A DNA stretch of 64,000 bases from Alphaproteobacteria bacterium (GTDB lineage Bacteria > Pseudomonadota > Alphaproteobacteria > UBA828): contig CBDEUP010000007.1 in assembly GCA_965243315.1 (NCBI GenBank), positions 1,752,221 to 1,816,220 on the forward strand, in the 5' to 3' direction. The notes below the pieces were generated by a model, which made no database searches, was not told the DNA's origin, and worked only from the letters and a program-made list of their open reading frames with translations. The position numbers were made by a program, and so were the translations under genes. Below are positions 53,087 through 62,385 of this stretch, in pieces (position 1 is the stretch's first letter; each line of letters opens with the position of its first letter).

Positions 53087-55338
53087 CCACGTTGGCAAGA
53101 CGGCTGCTCGACAGTCGCTTTCGACTCTCGACCCAGCTCTATCTGGGTATCGGGGGCGCTGTCGCGCTCACCGTCGTCGCCAGCGTGGTCGGCCTGGTTT
53201 CCTTCGATCACGTCGCTGAGGTTCAGAGACGCGTCAACGAAGGCAGCGTGCCCGAGATGGTGACGGCCTTCGGCGTGGCGCAGCAAAGCGGTGCCCTTGT
53301 GGCAGCCGGGCCGCGGCTGACGGCTGCAGCGACGCCGGAAGAACTCGCCCACACCGTCGCGGACATTTCACATGACCGGCAAGCCTTCGAAGCCCAGGTA
53401 GCCGCGCTGCCGGATCAGGGAGCGGAGGAGCCGCGCTTCGAGCGCATTCGCACCCAAGGCAATGCCTTGCTCGCGAATGTCGGCGCCATCGAGGAGTCGG
53501 TGGCCGAGGGCTTCCTGCTCACGGAGCGCAGCCAAGCGTTGCGCGCCGAAATCGCGTCCCTGCAACGGGAGCTCGCCGCGGCACTAATTCCGGCCATCGA
53601 CGACCAGCTCTTTTACACGATGACCGGCTATCGGGAGCTCGGCGAGGCGCCGGCACCTCGAGCGGTGCACAGATCGGAGGACGAGTTCAACCGCTATCGC
53701 CACATGGCGGGGTTGCAGGCGAACGCGACGATCGCAATCGAGCTTCTGGCGAGCGCGTTCGACGTCTCAGACATCGCTTTGCTGGAACCGCTCCGGGAGC
53801 GCTTCGAGGCCTCCGCCGGCAAGATCGAGCGCGGCCTGTCGGCCCTGGGCGTCACGCCCCTCCATGCCAGGATTGCACCCGCCTTGTCCCGTCTCGTCGA
53901 TCTGGGTCTGGGCCACGATCAAGGCTTCGACTTGCGGGCTCAGGAACTTTCTCTCGATGAGCGTCAGACGGCGTTGCTCGCGTCCAACAACAATCTTGCT
54001 GTCGAACTCGCCGCCGAGGCAGAGGGGCTGGTCAGCGCGGCGCGTGGGAGCGTCCAAGACGCGGCGCAGGCGTCCTCGTCGGCGATCAGCACCGGCGGCA
54101 ATCTCCTGCTTGCGATCAGCGTGACCAGCATCGTCGGGGCGGTGCTGATCTCATGGCTGTTCGTCGGCCGCGTGCTGATGCGGCGTCTCGGGCGGCTCTC
54201 GGATCGGATGCGCCGGATGGCCGAGGGCGATATCGAGGCGGAAGTGGTGGTCGACGGACGAGGCGAGGTCGCGGACATGGCCGCGGCGTTGGAGGTCTTT
54301 CGCCGTCACGCGCTCGAAGTCCAACGGCTCAACTTGGTGGAGAAGCTGGCAGAGGAGCTCAAGGGCAAGAACGAGCAGCTCGAGGACGCACTCGCGAACC
54401 TTCAGCGAGCGCAAGACCAGATCGTCATGCAGGAGAAGCTCGCGGCGCTTGGCGAGCTCACTGCCGGCGTGGCGCACGAAATCCGGAACCCGCTGAACTT
54501 CGTCAAGAACTTTTCAGACGTAACGGAGCAGTTGCTGGAAGAACTCCTGGAAGAGCTGCAAACGGTTCTCCCTGAGCCGGTCGACGGGAAGGAGGACGAG
54601 AGCAGTGCGCTGATTCGAGAAATCAGCGCCGACATCACGGAAAACCTCAGATTGATTCGGGAGCACGGCGAGCGCGCAAATCAGATCGTACACCACATGC
54701 TCAGCATGGGGCGTGATTCGGGCGGCCGACAACCGACGGACATCAATGCCCTGCTCGACGAGCATGTGCGGCTTGCCTACCACAGCGCCCGGGCAAGCGA
54801 TGACAGCTTTCAACTCGATATCGTCCAGGACTTCGATCCGGCGGTCGGATCTCTCGACGTCGTCACTCAGGACGTGGGCCGCGTCTTCCTGAACCTGGTC
54901 GGCAATGCCTGCCAGGCGACTGCCGAGAGGCGGCGCGCCGAGGAAGCCGCGGACGCAGCGGATCCCGGCCCCGAGGGCTCGGAAGGGGGCGCTTACGAGC
55001 CCACGCTCACCCTGGTCACCCGACGATCCGAAGAAGGGGTCGAAATCCGAATCAGAGACAACGGGAGCGGGATCCCACCCGAAATCATCGCCGACATCTT
55101 CAACCCCTTCTTCACGACCAAGCCGCCGGACCAGGGCACCGGTCTGGGCCTCGCGCTCTCGAGCGACATCGTTCGCCAGCACGGCGGCGAAATCAGGGTG
55201 GAGTCCGAAGTCGGCGTGTTCACCGAAATGATCGTCACGCTGGCCGCGCAACCGCCTCAGCAGACCGAGGACGACGCGGCCGAGGACGAGGCGGAGTTAG
55301 AGGACGAGCACCCCAAGGAGTCGCCCTTGCCATCGTGA
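53083..55338 (+). CDS. Sensor histidine kinase (TM, ~300-aa periplasmic domain, TM, HAMP, HisKA, HATPase_c), no REC
   Basis: H-box AAGVAHEIRNPLNFV. N and G boxes include NLVGNACQA and GTGLGLALS. There are two TM segments and a HAMP domain after TM2. Confidence 0.85.
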   Translation: MTTLARRLLDSRFRLSTQLYLGIGGAVALTVVASVVGLVSFDHVAEVQRRVNEGSVPEMVTAFGVAQQSGALVAAGPRLTAAATPEELAHTVADISHDRQAFEAQVAALPDQGAEEPRFERIRTQGNALLANVGAIEESVAEGFLLTERSQALRAEIASLQRELAAALIPAIDDQLFYTMTGYRELGEAPAPRAVHRSEDEFNRYRHMAGLQANATIAIELLASAFDVSDIALLEPLRERFEASAGKIERGLSALGVTPLHARIAPALSRLVDLGLGHDQGFDLRAQELSLDERQTALLASNNNLAVELAAEAEGLVSAARGSVQDAAQASSSAISTGGNLLLAISVTSIVGAVLISWLFVGRVLMRRLGRLSDRMRRMAEGDIEAEVVVDGRGEVADMAAALEVFRRHALEVQRLNLVEKLAEELKGKNEQLEDALANLQRAQDQIVMQEKLAALGELTAGVAHEIRNPLNFVKNFSDVTEQLLEELLEELQTVLPEPVDGKEDESSALIREISADITENLRLIREHGERANQIVHHMLSMGRDSGGRQPTDINALLDEHVRLAYHSARASDDSFQLDIVQDFDPAVGSLDVVTQDVGRVFLNLVGNACQATAERRRAEEAADAADPGPEGSEGGAYEPTLTLVTRRSEEGVEIRIRDNGSGIPPEIIADIFNPFFTTKPPDQGTGLGLALSSDIVRQHGGEIRVESEVGVFTEMIVTLAAQPPQQTEDDAAEDEAELEDEHPKESPLPS

Positions 55339-55365
55339 AGCGAGGCGGGAAGCCACTCTTCGGGC

Positions 55366-56667
55366 ATGCCACATAAGCGAGGTAGGATGGGCATACCTCG
55401 AATGAGGTCGCCGACGAGGAGAAGCGTCCTTCGGTACGGACTTGCCGGTTGCCTATTGGGTTTTGGCTGGAGGCCATCCGGCGCAGCGGCATCATCGGGC
55501 GTGACCGATAGCGAGATCGTGCTGGGCATGTCCGCTGCGTTCTCCGGTCCTTCCCGCGGTCTCGGCATAGAGCTCTTCCGCGGCGCCAGCGCCTATTTCG
55601 AGCACGTCAACCGCCAGGGTGGCGTCCGGGGTCGAAGAATCGTTCTCAAGACCTATGACGACGGCTATCAGCCCGACCCGTCGGTTCAGAACACGATGAC
55701 CCTGATGCTGGAAGACGAGGTCTTCGCGCTGTTCGGTTATGTCGGTACGCCGACGGTCACGCGCGTTCTTCCCATGCTCAAGAAGTTTCAGGAGAGACAG
55801 GTCTATCTGTTCTTTCCGTTCACCGGCGCGCAGCCGCAGCGGGAGCCGCCATACGGCCCCTTCGCCTTCAACCTGCGCGCCTCCTACCGGCAGGAGACGG
55901 CCGGCCTGGTACAGAACTTCGTCGGGATCGGCCGCAAGCGAATCGCGGTCTTCTATCAGGCCGACGCTTACGGCCGCAGCGGCTGGGCCGGCGTGCGACG
56001 TGCCTTGAGACCGTTCGGCGAGCGGATCGTCGGCGAGGCGACCTACAGGCGGGGCTCGAAGTTCACGGGCATCATGCGCGATCAGGTGGAGATACTGAAG
56101 GCGTCGCGTCCCGATGCGGTCATATGCATCGGCGCCTACGCCGCCTGCGCCGCGTTTCTCCGCGACGCGGTGGATCTCGGGTTGCGCGTGCCGATCGCCA
56201 ACGTGTCCTTCGTCGGCAGCGAGAACCTTCTCAATCTCATCACGCAAGGACGCGACGACGGCGAGCGCTACACCGAGCTGCTGGTGAACTCGCAGGTCGT
56301 TCCCAGCTACCACGACGTGGGGATTCCTGCTGTCCAGCAGTACCAGGAATTGATGGCGCGATATGACCCTCAGCCTCCGCAGGAATTGCTGAGAGAGGAT
56401 TACGCGCCCTTCTCGCACAGCTTCGTCAGTCTGGAGGGCTTCCTCAACGCCAAGCTGATGGTCGAGATATTGGATCGCCTCGGTGATCGGCCGGAGAGAC
56501 GCGCCCTCGAGGACGCCGTTTTCAGCATAAGTGATTTCGATCTGGGAATCGGGGAACTGGTGTCGTTCGGCCCGGAGCGCCGCCAGGGCTTACAGAAGGT
56601 CTACTACACCGTTGTGGACGAGGGCCGCTTCGTTCCCCTGGACAGCTGGCAAGACAGGTTCGCCTGA
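55366..56667 (+). CDS. Periplasmic binding protein, LivJ/Peripla_BP_6 type (second copy)
   Basis: Paralogous to the SBP at 51902..53086 (shared GQ/GVT(D)(S/Q)EI(V/L)(L/F)G...SAAFSGP, LRASY(R/Y)QET, VFYQ(A/D)D, FVGSN/FVGSE). Tat-like N-terminus SPTRRSVLRYG. Confidence 0.75.
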   Translation: MPHKRGRMGIPRMRSPTRRSVLRYGLAGCLLGFGWRPSGAAASSGVTDSEIVLGMSAAFSGPSRGLGIELFRGASAYFEHVNRQGGVRGRRIVLKTYDDGYQPDPSVQNTMTLMLEDEVFALFGYVGTPTVTRVLPMLKKFQERQVYLFFPFTGAQPQREPPYGPFAFNLRASYRQETAGLVQNFVGIGRKRIAVFYQADAYGRSGWAGVRRALRPFGERIVGEATYRRGSKFTGIMRDQVEILKASRPDAVICIGAYAACAAFLRDAVDLGLRVPIANVSFVGSENLLNLITQGRDDGERYTELLVNSQVVPSYHDVGIPAVQQYQELMARYDPQPPQELLREDYAPFSHSFVSLEGFLNAKLMVEILDRLGDRPERRALEDAVFSISDFDLGIGELVSFGPERRQGLQKVYYTVVDEGRFVPLDSWQDRFA

Positions 56668-56668
56668 C

Positions 56669-57415
56669 ATGAAAATTCTAAGACTCTTCCGCAAGACCCT
56701 GTTCGGCGTATTTTTCCTGTTCGGCGTAATCGGCATATCGACATCGGTTCTCTGCATTTACACAGTCGATACGCACCTGTCCGAAGAATATGAATCGAAC
56801 AGCAGGGATATCGCCAAGACGATCGCCGATGCCAGCGTCGACATCCTGTTGAACAGAAACCTGACGGCGCTCCAGTCCCTGATCGACCAGTTCGTCGAGA
56901 TTCAGGGAATCAGCTACATCTACATCACGAGCGAGACAGGGGAGTTTCTGGCCCACACTTTTGTTCCGGGCATTCCGGAGGAAATCAGGACCGGTGACGC
57001 GACCAGCACGGTGACGGTGGAGCGAAGCCTGCCGGGCATGGGCGATTTCGTCGAGGTCGCGAGTCCAATCCTGGCGGGCGTCGCCGGCGCGGTCCACATC
57101 GGCAGCGACACCGGGCTGATCGCGTTGAAGGTCCAAAGGGCGATCGGCCAGCAGATCTATCTCATCTCCATCATCTTCGTGGTCGGCATTCTCGCCGCGA
57201 TCTGGCTCGTCGGCCAGGCAGCTAGACCGGTCGACGGCGTTCTCGCCTTTGCGGTGAAGCTCGCACAGGAGCGGGAGACCGACAGCAGAGGAAACGAGAA
57301 ACTGCTCGCGCGCAATGACGAGGCGGGAGAGCTCGCGCGCCTCTTCCTCTACTTCTCGCAGGTGATGGATAGAGACAAGGCGGACGGGCTCTCGCAGCCG
57401 GGCGGTAAGGAATAG
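56669..57415 (+). CDS. Membrane sensor-like protein with extracytoplasmic domain and HAMP domain only (no output domain)
   Basis: MKILRLFRKTLFGVFFLFGVIGISTSVLCIY is TM1, followed by a periplasmic domain of about 150 aa. Then TM2 and a HAMP-like LVGQAARPVDGVLAFAVKLA...NDEAGELARLF. The start is 2 nt after the upstream SBP stop. Confidence 0.55.
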   Translation: MKILRLFRKTLFGVFFLFGVIGISTSVLCIYTVDTHLSEEYESNSRDIAKTIADASVDILLNRNLTALQSLIDQFVEIQGISYIYITSETGEFLAHTFVPGIPEEIRTGDATSTVTVERSLPGMGDFVEVASPILAGVAGAVHIGSDTGLIALKVQRAIGQQIYLISIIFVVGILAAIWLVGQAARPVDGVLAFAVKLAQERETDSRGNEKLLARNDEAGELARLFLYFSQVMDRDKADGLSQPGGKE

Positions 57416-57422
57416 CCGTCCG

Positions 57423-58739
57423 GTGGCTCATTCTCGCGCAGCGGCAATTCTCTACTGCACTGTTCTGCAGGTTTGCTTCGGGACCGTCTATGCGTGGAGT
57501 TTCTTTCAAACGCTTCTCGTGAGGCAGCTCGGCTGGTCGTTCACCGACACGGCGCTCGCCTTCAGCATCACGATCTTTTCTCTCGGCATGTCCGCTGCGG
57601 GCGCGGGCATGATTCTGCCCAAGGTGGGGCCGCGACGACTGGCGCTTGCCGGCAGTGTGATGTTCTCGGGCGGGTACATGATTGCGGGCCTCGCGCTGCA
57701 ACTCGACAGTCTCGCGCTCTTCTATCTCGGTTACGGCGTGATCGGCGGCGCCGGGATCGGGCTCGGCTACGTCACGCCCGTCGCCACGGTGGCGAAGTGG
57801 TTCCCGGACAAGAAGGGACTGGCGACGGGCATCGTCGTCATGGGCTTTGGGATCGGCGCGGTGGTTCTCAGTAAGGGACTGGCACCCTTGCTGGTGGTTG
57901 AGACGGAAGGAGATCTTCCGCTCCTGTTCATCTGGCTCGGCGTGGTGTTCGCCGCCGTCTTGATCCCGTGCAGCCTGGCGCTGCGGGATCCGCCCGCGGA
58001 GCTCGCAAGTCGTCTCGATAGTGCCACGGCCTTTAGCGGCGCGCAGGACGAGCCGGACTCGACCGCGCGCTGCCTGTATTCGGGCGAATTCGCCGTCATG
58101 TGGCTTGTGTTCTTCTTCAACATCGCTGCAGGCATCGCCGTTATCAGCTTTCAGTCACCGCTGCTTCAGGACGTGTGGGGACTTGCCGACCCGTCCGTGG
58201 AGCCGGAAACACTCGCCGAATATGGCGCGACGCTGATCGCTGCCAGCTCGCTCTGCAACGGATTTGGCCGGCTTTTCTGGGGATTGCTGTCTGATCGCAT
58301 CGGCCGCATCCGCGTGTTCAGGATCCTGCTGGCCAGTCAGATGATCGTGTTCGGCATCCTGATGACCGAGCGCGATCCGTGGATATTCTCGGCTCTCGTC
58401 TGCTACATCATGCTTTGTTTTGGCGGCGGTTTCGCGACGATGCCCTCTTTCGTGCTCGACGTCTTCGGTGCGAAAAAGATGTCTGCGGTCTATGGCATCA
58501 TGTTGACGGCTTGGGCGGCGGCCGGCGTCTGCGGTCCTCTCTACATCGGCTATCTAAAGGACCAGTACCCCGACCGCGCCATCATCTACTGCTTCCTGAT
58601 TGGGGTGTTGATCCTGGGTCTCGGGTACGTGTTCTCCTACCTGCTGAGCGACAAACGCATCCGACTTCAACGGCCGAGCGTGGAAAGCACGCTGCGGGAG
58701 CACGGAATCGCGATGCCGCGTCGTCGACAAGCAAGCTAG
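57423..58739 (+). CDS. MFS transporter, oxalate/formate antiporter (OFA)-like family
   Basis: 12-TM profile. The N-terminal LYCTVLQVCFGTVYAWSFF motif is characteristic of the OFA family. Confidence 0.75.
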   Translation: MAHSRAAAILYCTVLQVCFGTVYAWSFFQTLLVRQLGWSFTDTALAFSITIFSLGMSAAGAGMILPKVGPRRLALAGSVMFSGGYMIAGLALQLDSLALFYLGYGVIGGAGIGLGYVTPVATVAKWFPDKKGLATGIVVMGFGIGAVVLSKGLAPLLVVETEGDLPLLFIWLGVVFAAVLIPCSLALRDPPAELASRLDSATAFSGAQDEPDSTARCLYSGEFAVMWLVFFFNIAAGIAVISFQSPLLQDVWGLADPSVEPETLAEYGATLIAASSLCNGFGRLFWGLLSDRIGRIRVFRILLASQMIVFGILMTERDPWIFSALVCYIMLCFGGGFATMPSFVLDVFGAKKMSAVYGIMLTAWAAAGVCGPLYIGYLKDQYPDRAIIYCFLIGVLILGLGYVFSYLLSDKRIRLQRPSVESTLREHGIAMPRRRQAS

Positions 58740-59226
58740 CCCGCATTTCTCACCAGGGTCTCGGCCTGCGTCGCACCCAGGCGTTCGATCCGCCAGGAGC
58801 GGGCCGAAAAGCGTATCAGGGAATACGGTTGAGGCCCGCGACGACGCGGGCGGGCGCTTGGGCGCGACCCGAAGGATGGCGCTCTCCGGCCGACAGTGTG
58901 CGTCATGGCTCTTGCCCGATGTTCCACATCGCGCTGCGCGCCGTTCCTACCCTGTCGACCGGACAGCGCCGCGCAGAACATGACCCTGGCGAGAAAGGCG
59001 GGCTAGAAGGCCGCTGAAGAACCCGCCATTTGCGGCTGCTTAGGTGGATCGGGTCGGTTTGTTCGGGTTAATGGTGGACCTCGCTTCCATCACTCCCTTC
59101 TGCCAGGTATTCCCAAGCGTTCCGAGACGCCCTGGAAATCAACGATTACCTTGTCCCAGGGTTCTGGAACGCTCCCGTACATGCCCCGGACTCGCGATCA
59201 TTCGATACGTGGGCTGGACCCGCCAG

Positions 59227-60510
59227 TCAGCGCGACTGCTGAAGCACCCCTTCGAGGAGTTGCGCCGCAAACCCCGGACCGTCGGCCTCGTGCATCTGAC
59301 TGCTGGTGCGGGCGAGGCGATCGCGCATTGCGGGATCGCCGATCAGCTTGTCGACGGCACGAAGCAGGTCCTCGTCGCTCCAGCCATAGCGGTGCAGATT
59401 GAGGCCGTGCCCCGTCTCCGCAACACGGGTGGCGTTGTCGTGGCCGTCCCAGACATAGGGCATGATAAGCGCCGGCTTTCCGAAATAGAGGCACTCGGTG
59501 AAGCTGTTGTTCCCGCCGTGGTGAATGACCGCATCGGTCTGGGGAATCACCGATGGCTGCGGATACCAGCCGGCGAGATGCACGTTGGGGGGCGGTGACT
59601 CGTAATCGTCGAGATAGTCGCCGACATTGACCAGCACCCGATAGGGCTTGCCGGCGAACGCGGCGACGATGCGCTTCAGCAGGTCGGTATCGCCGGCGCC
59701 GAGGCTGCCGAAGCTGGCGTAGACGAGAGGCGCGTCATCGTGCTCGGCGAAGCGCGGCACCTCGTAAGGGTCCTCCTGGCGGACGCAGCCCTCCAGGTAT
59801 TGGTATCGCGTGGGATCAAGGGGCTCGCGCCGGGCGTACCGGACCGCCTTCGGATAGAGCAACAGGTTGAGGTACGGCGAGGGCTCGAAGAACTGCCCGA
59901 GCGGATAGGGCTCTTCGCCGCAGCTCGTCAGAAACTCGTTGAAGCGCGCGTGGATCGGCCCGATCACCTCGTTGAAGCGGCTCTCGAACGCCGCGAAGCA
60001 GGCCCGGTCGTTCTCTCCGCAGCCTGAGAGGTGCGGCGGTATGTCCGGGTCGGGAATTTCGTTCTCGCTGCAGGAAATGATCCGGACCCAGGGGACGCCG
60101 TGCCGCTTGGTGGCGGGAAACAGGATCACGTTGTCGATGCAGATGAGGTCGGGTTGAAGCTCCGCGAGGATGCCCGGCAACGTCTTCTCGGCCCACACCG
60201 CGGTGTCCACGATCGCGTCCCAGCAGTCCTTCACGTAGTTGTTGATCTGGTCGAACGGACTCTTGCGGAAGTTTGGGATGTGGCCGTTGATGAAGTCGGA
60301 CCAGTACTTCGCCATCTGCTCCGGCGGCATGGGTTCCGACATGGGAACCGGCACTTCCTCGAAGCCGTAGTTGGCGAACACGCCGGTGAAGCCGGGATCG
60401 CAAAGGAATACGGCACGGTGACCGCGGGCGCGGCAGGCCTGGGCGATCGCCACCGAGTTCAACGCCGGCCCGAAGGCGGCCTCGGGAAAGAAGACGATGG
60501 TCTTGCTCAT
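59227..60510 (-). CDS. UDP-glycosyltransferase, GT1 family (MGT/CrtX-like)
   Basis: Start MSKTIVFF with gaggtg RBS. UDPGT signature region HHGGNNSFTECLYFGKPALIMPYVWDGHDNA. Confidence 0.75.
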   Translation of the reverse strand: MSKTIVFFPEAAFGPALNSVAIAQACRARGHRAVFLCDPGFTGVFANYGFEEVPVPMSEPMPPEQMAKYWSDFINGHIPNFRKSPFDQINNYVKDCWDAIVDTAVWAEKTLPGILAELQPDLICIDNVILFPATKRHGVPWVRIISCSENEIPDPDIPPHLSGCGENDRACFAAFESRFNEVIGPIHARFNEFLTSCGEEPYPLGQFFEPSPYLNLLLYPKAVRYARREPLDPTRYQYLEGCVRQEDPYEVPRFAEHDDAPLVYASFGSLGAGDTDLLKRIVAAFAGKPYRVLVNVGDYLDDYESPPPNVHLAGWYPQPSVIPQTDAVIHHGGNNSFTECLYFGKPALIMPYVWDGHDNATRVAETGHGLNLHRYGWSDEDLLRAVDKLIGDPAMRDRLARTSSQMHEADGPGFAAQLLEGVLQQSR

Positions 60511-60514
60511 TCTC

Positions 60515-61600
60515 TCACACCTCGGACTGTGACTCGCGGGGCAGGATGCGCGACGCTGACGGTGGCCAGTAACACCACAGGGTTTGCCCGCGCTCGATTC
60601 CCGCGACGCTTGGATCGGCGGTATCCACCTTCGCCAGGACCAACGCATCGGCCTCCGGAACCCGGAGGCGGACGCTCAAATGCTGGCCGCTGTATGAAAT
60701 GTCGACGACCTCCGCTTCAAGGGCGTTGTCCTCGGCAAGCGCTGGCCGCTCGGCCGAGAGCGCGAGCTTCTCGGGGCGCACGGCGAGCCAGGCTGGAGAC
60801 TCCACACCGGCGTCACCGTGGCCACGAAGGATCGTGTCGGTCTTCAGCCTGACTCCGTCCGCAGTCCGTGTGCCCGCGACAAAGTTCATAACGCCGATGA
60901 AGTCGGCGACGAAATGGTTTGCCGGCCGCTCGTAGAGTGCTTCCGGCGTGCCCTCCTGCTCGATCCTCCCGTCCCGCATCAGCGCGATACGGTCTGCCAT
61001 CTCCAGCGCTTCCTCTTGATCGTGGGTCACCACAATGAAGGTGATGCCAACGACGTGCTGCAGGCGCTTCAGCTCGACCTGCATTTGTCCGCGCAGCTTC
61101 TTGTCGAGCGAGCCGAGCGGCTCGTCCAGCAGCAGCACCCGCGGGTGCTTCACCAGGGCGCGGGCGAGGGCGACCCGTTGGCGCTGGCCCCCGGAGAGCT
61201 GGTTGGGGCGCCGGCTCTCCAGCCCGTCGAGCTTGACCATGGCGAGGGCGTCCCGTGTCCGCTGCTCCAGCTCCGAGCCGCGAACGCGGTCCATGCGCAG
61301 GCCGTAGGCCACGTTGTTGAAGACGTTGAGATGAGGGAAGAGGGCGTAGGACTGGAACATCATGTTGACCGGGCGGCGGTTGGGCCGGATCGCGAGCAGG
61401 TCCTTGCCGTCGAGCGAAACGTCGCCCGTATCCGGCGTCTCGAAGCCGGCGAGGACGCGCAACAGCGTCGTCTTGCCGCACCCGGACGGCCCGAGGAGCG
61501 CATAGAACTCGTTCTCCCGAATCGTCAGCGATACCTCGTCGAGCGCAATCGCGGCGCCGAAGCGCTTGCTGACGCCATGCATCTCGATGACCGCGCTCAC
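60515..61600 (-). CDS. ABC transporter ATP-binding protein (PotA-like, operon 4)
   Basis: Walker A GPSGCGKTT, signature LSGGQRQRVALARAL. GTG start at 61600 overlaps the permease stop, with an alternative ATG at 61582. The longer ORF to 62260 is a read-through artifact. Confidence 0.88.
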   Translation of the reverse strand: MSAVIEMHGVSKRFGAAIALDEVSLTIRENEFYALLGPSGCGKTTLLRVLAGFETPDTGDVSLDGKDLLAIRPNRRPVNMMFQSYALFPHLNVFNNVAYGLRMDRVRGSELEQRTRDALAMVKLDGLESRRPNQLSGGQRQRVALARALVKHPRVLLLDEPLGSLDKKLRGQMQVELKRLQHVVGITFIVVTHDQEEALEMADRIALMRDGRIEQEGTPEALYERPANHFVADFIGVMNFVAGTRTADGVRLKTDTILRGHGDAGVESPAWLAVRPEKLALSAERPALAEDNALEAEVVDISYSGQHLSVRLRVPEADALVLAKVDTADPSVAGIERGQTLWCYWPPSASRILPRESQSEV

Positions 61601-62385
61601 GGGTTCGCCACCGGCCGGTTGATGCGCTGGGAGATCAGGATCAGGGTGAAGCTGACGAAGAGCACGATGGTCGCAATGGCGTTGATCTCCGGCGTCACGC
61701 CGAAGCGGATCATCGAATAGATCAGCATGGGGAACGTGGTCGAGGACGGTCCCGCGCCGGCCGTGAAGAATGCGATGACGAACTCGTCGATCGAGAGAGT
61801 GAAGGCGATAAGCGCGCCGGCAATGACGCCGGGCGCGATCACCGGGAGCGTGATGCGCCAGAAGGTGCCCACCTCGCTCGCGCCGAGGTCGATGGAGGCC
61901 TCCACGATGGACTTGTCGAAGTTTCTCAGCCGGGCGCGCACGACGACGGCGACGAACGCGATGTTGAAGACAATGTGGGAAAAGACGATGGAGTGCAGGC
62001 CGAGGGTCATCTCCAGCAGGGTGTAGAACGAGAGCAAGGCGATTGCGAGAACGATATCGGGCACGATCATCGGCACGAAAATGAGGCCGTCGATCCAGGC
62101 GCGGGGCTTGAGACGCTCGAGCCCAAGGGCCAGGAGAGTTCCGAGAACCGTCGCGACGGCTGTTGCCGAGACCGCGACGATCAACGTGTTGAGCACCGCC
62201 CGATGGATGTCCGCCGCTCCTGCGAGCGCTGAGTACCAGCGGGTCGAGAAGCCGGTCCACGCGGTCGGCAGACCGCTCTCGTTGAAGGAGAGGACGACGA
62301 GGACCGCGATCGGCCCGTATAGGAAGAGATAGACCAGCGCAGCGTGGACGCGCAGCGCCTGTCGTTCGGGACGCACCCTAGCCAT
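61597..62385 (-). CDS. ABC transporter permease (PotC-like)
   Basis: Membrane permease with the EASIDLGAS signature. Confidence 0.85.
   Translation of the reverse strand: MARVRPERQALRVHAALVYLFLYGPIAVLVVLSFNESGLPTAWTGFSTRWYSALAGAADIHRAVLNTLIVAVSATAVATVLGTLLALGLERLKPRAWIDGLIFVPMIVPDIVLAIALLSFYTLLEMTLGLHSIVFSHIVFNIAFVAVVVRARLRNFDKSIVEASIDLGASEVGTFWRITLPVIAPGVIAGALIAFTLSIDEFVIAFFTAGAGPSSTTFPMLIYSMIRFGVTPEINAIATIVLFVSFTLILISQRINRPVANP

Noticed and set aside
59044-59120. Segment aatggtggacctcgcttcc resembling the reverse complement of the tRNA-Ala 3' end, as a possible attR
   Set aside because: Only about 8 contiguous matches (tggtggag/c). That is too weak to call an island boundary without a computed alignment.
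61601-62260. Extension of the ATPase ORF (581 aa) into the permease gene
   Set aside because: The PotA-like homology starts at VSAVIEMHGVSKRF. The upstream part overlaps the PotC-like permease in another frame and is Arg-rich nonsense.
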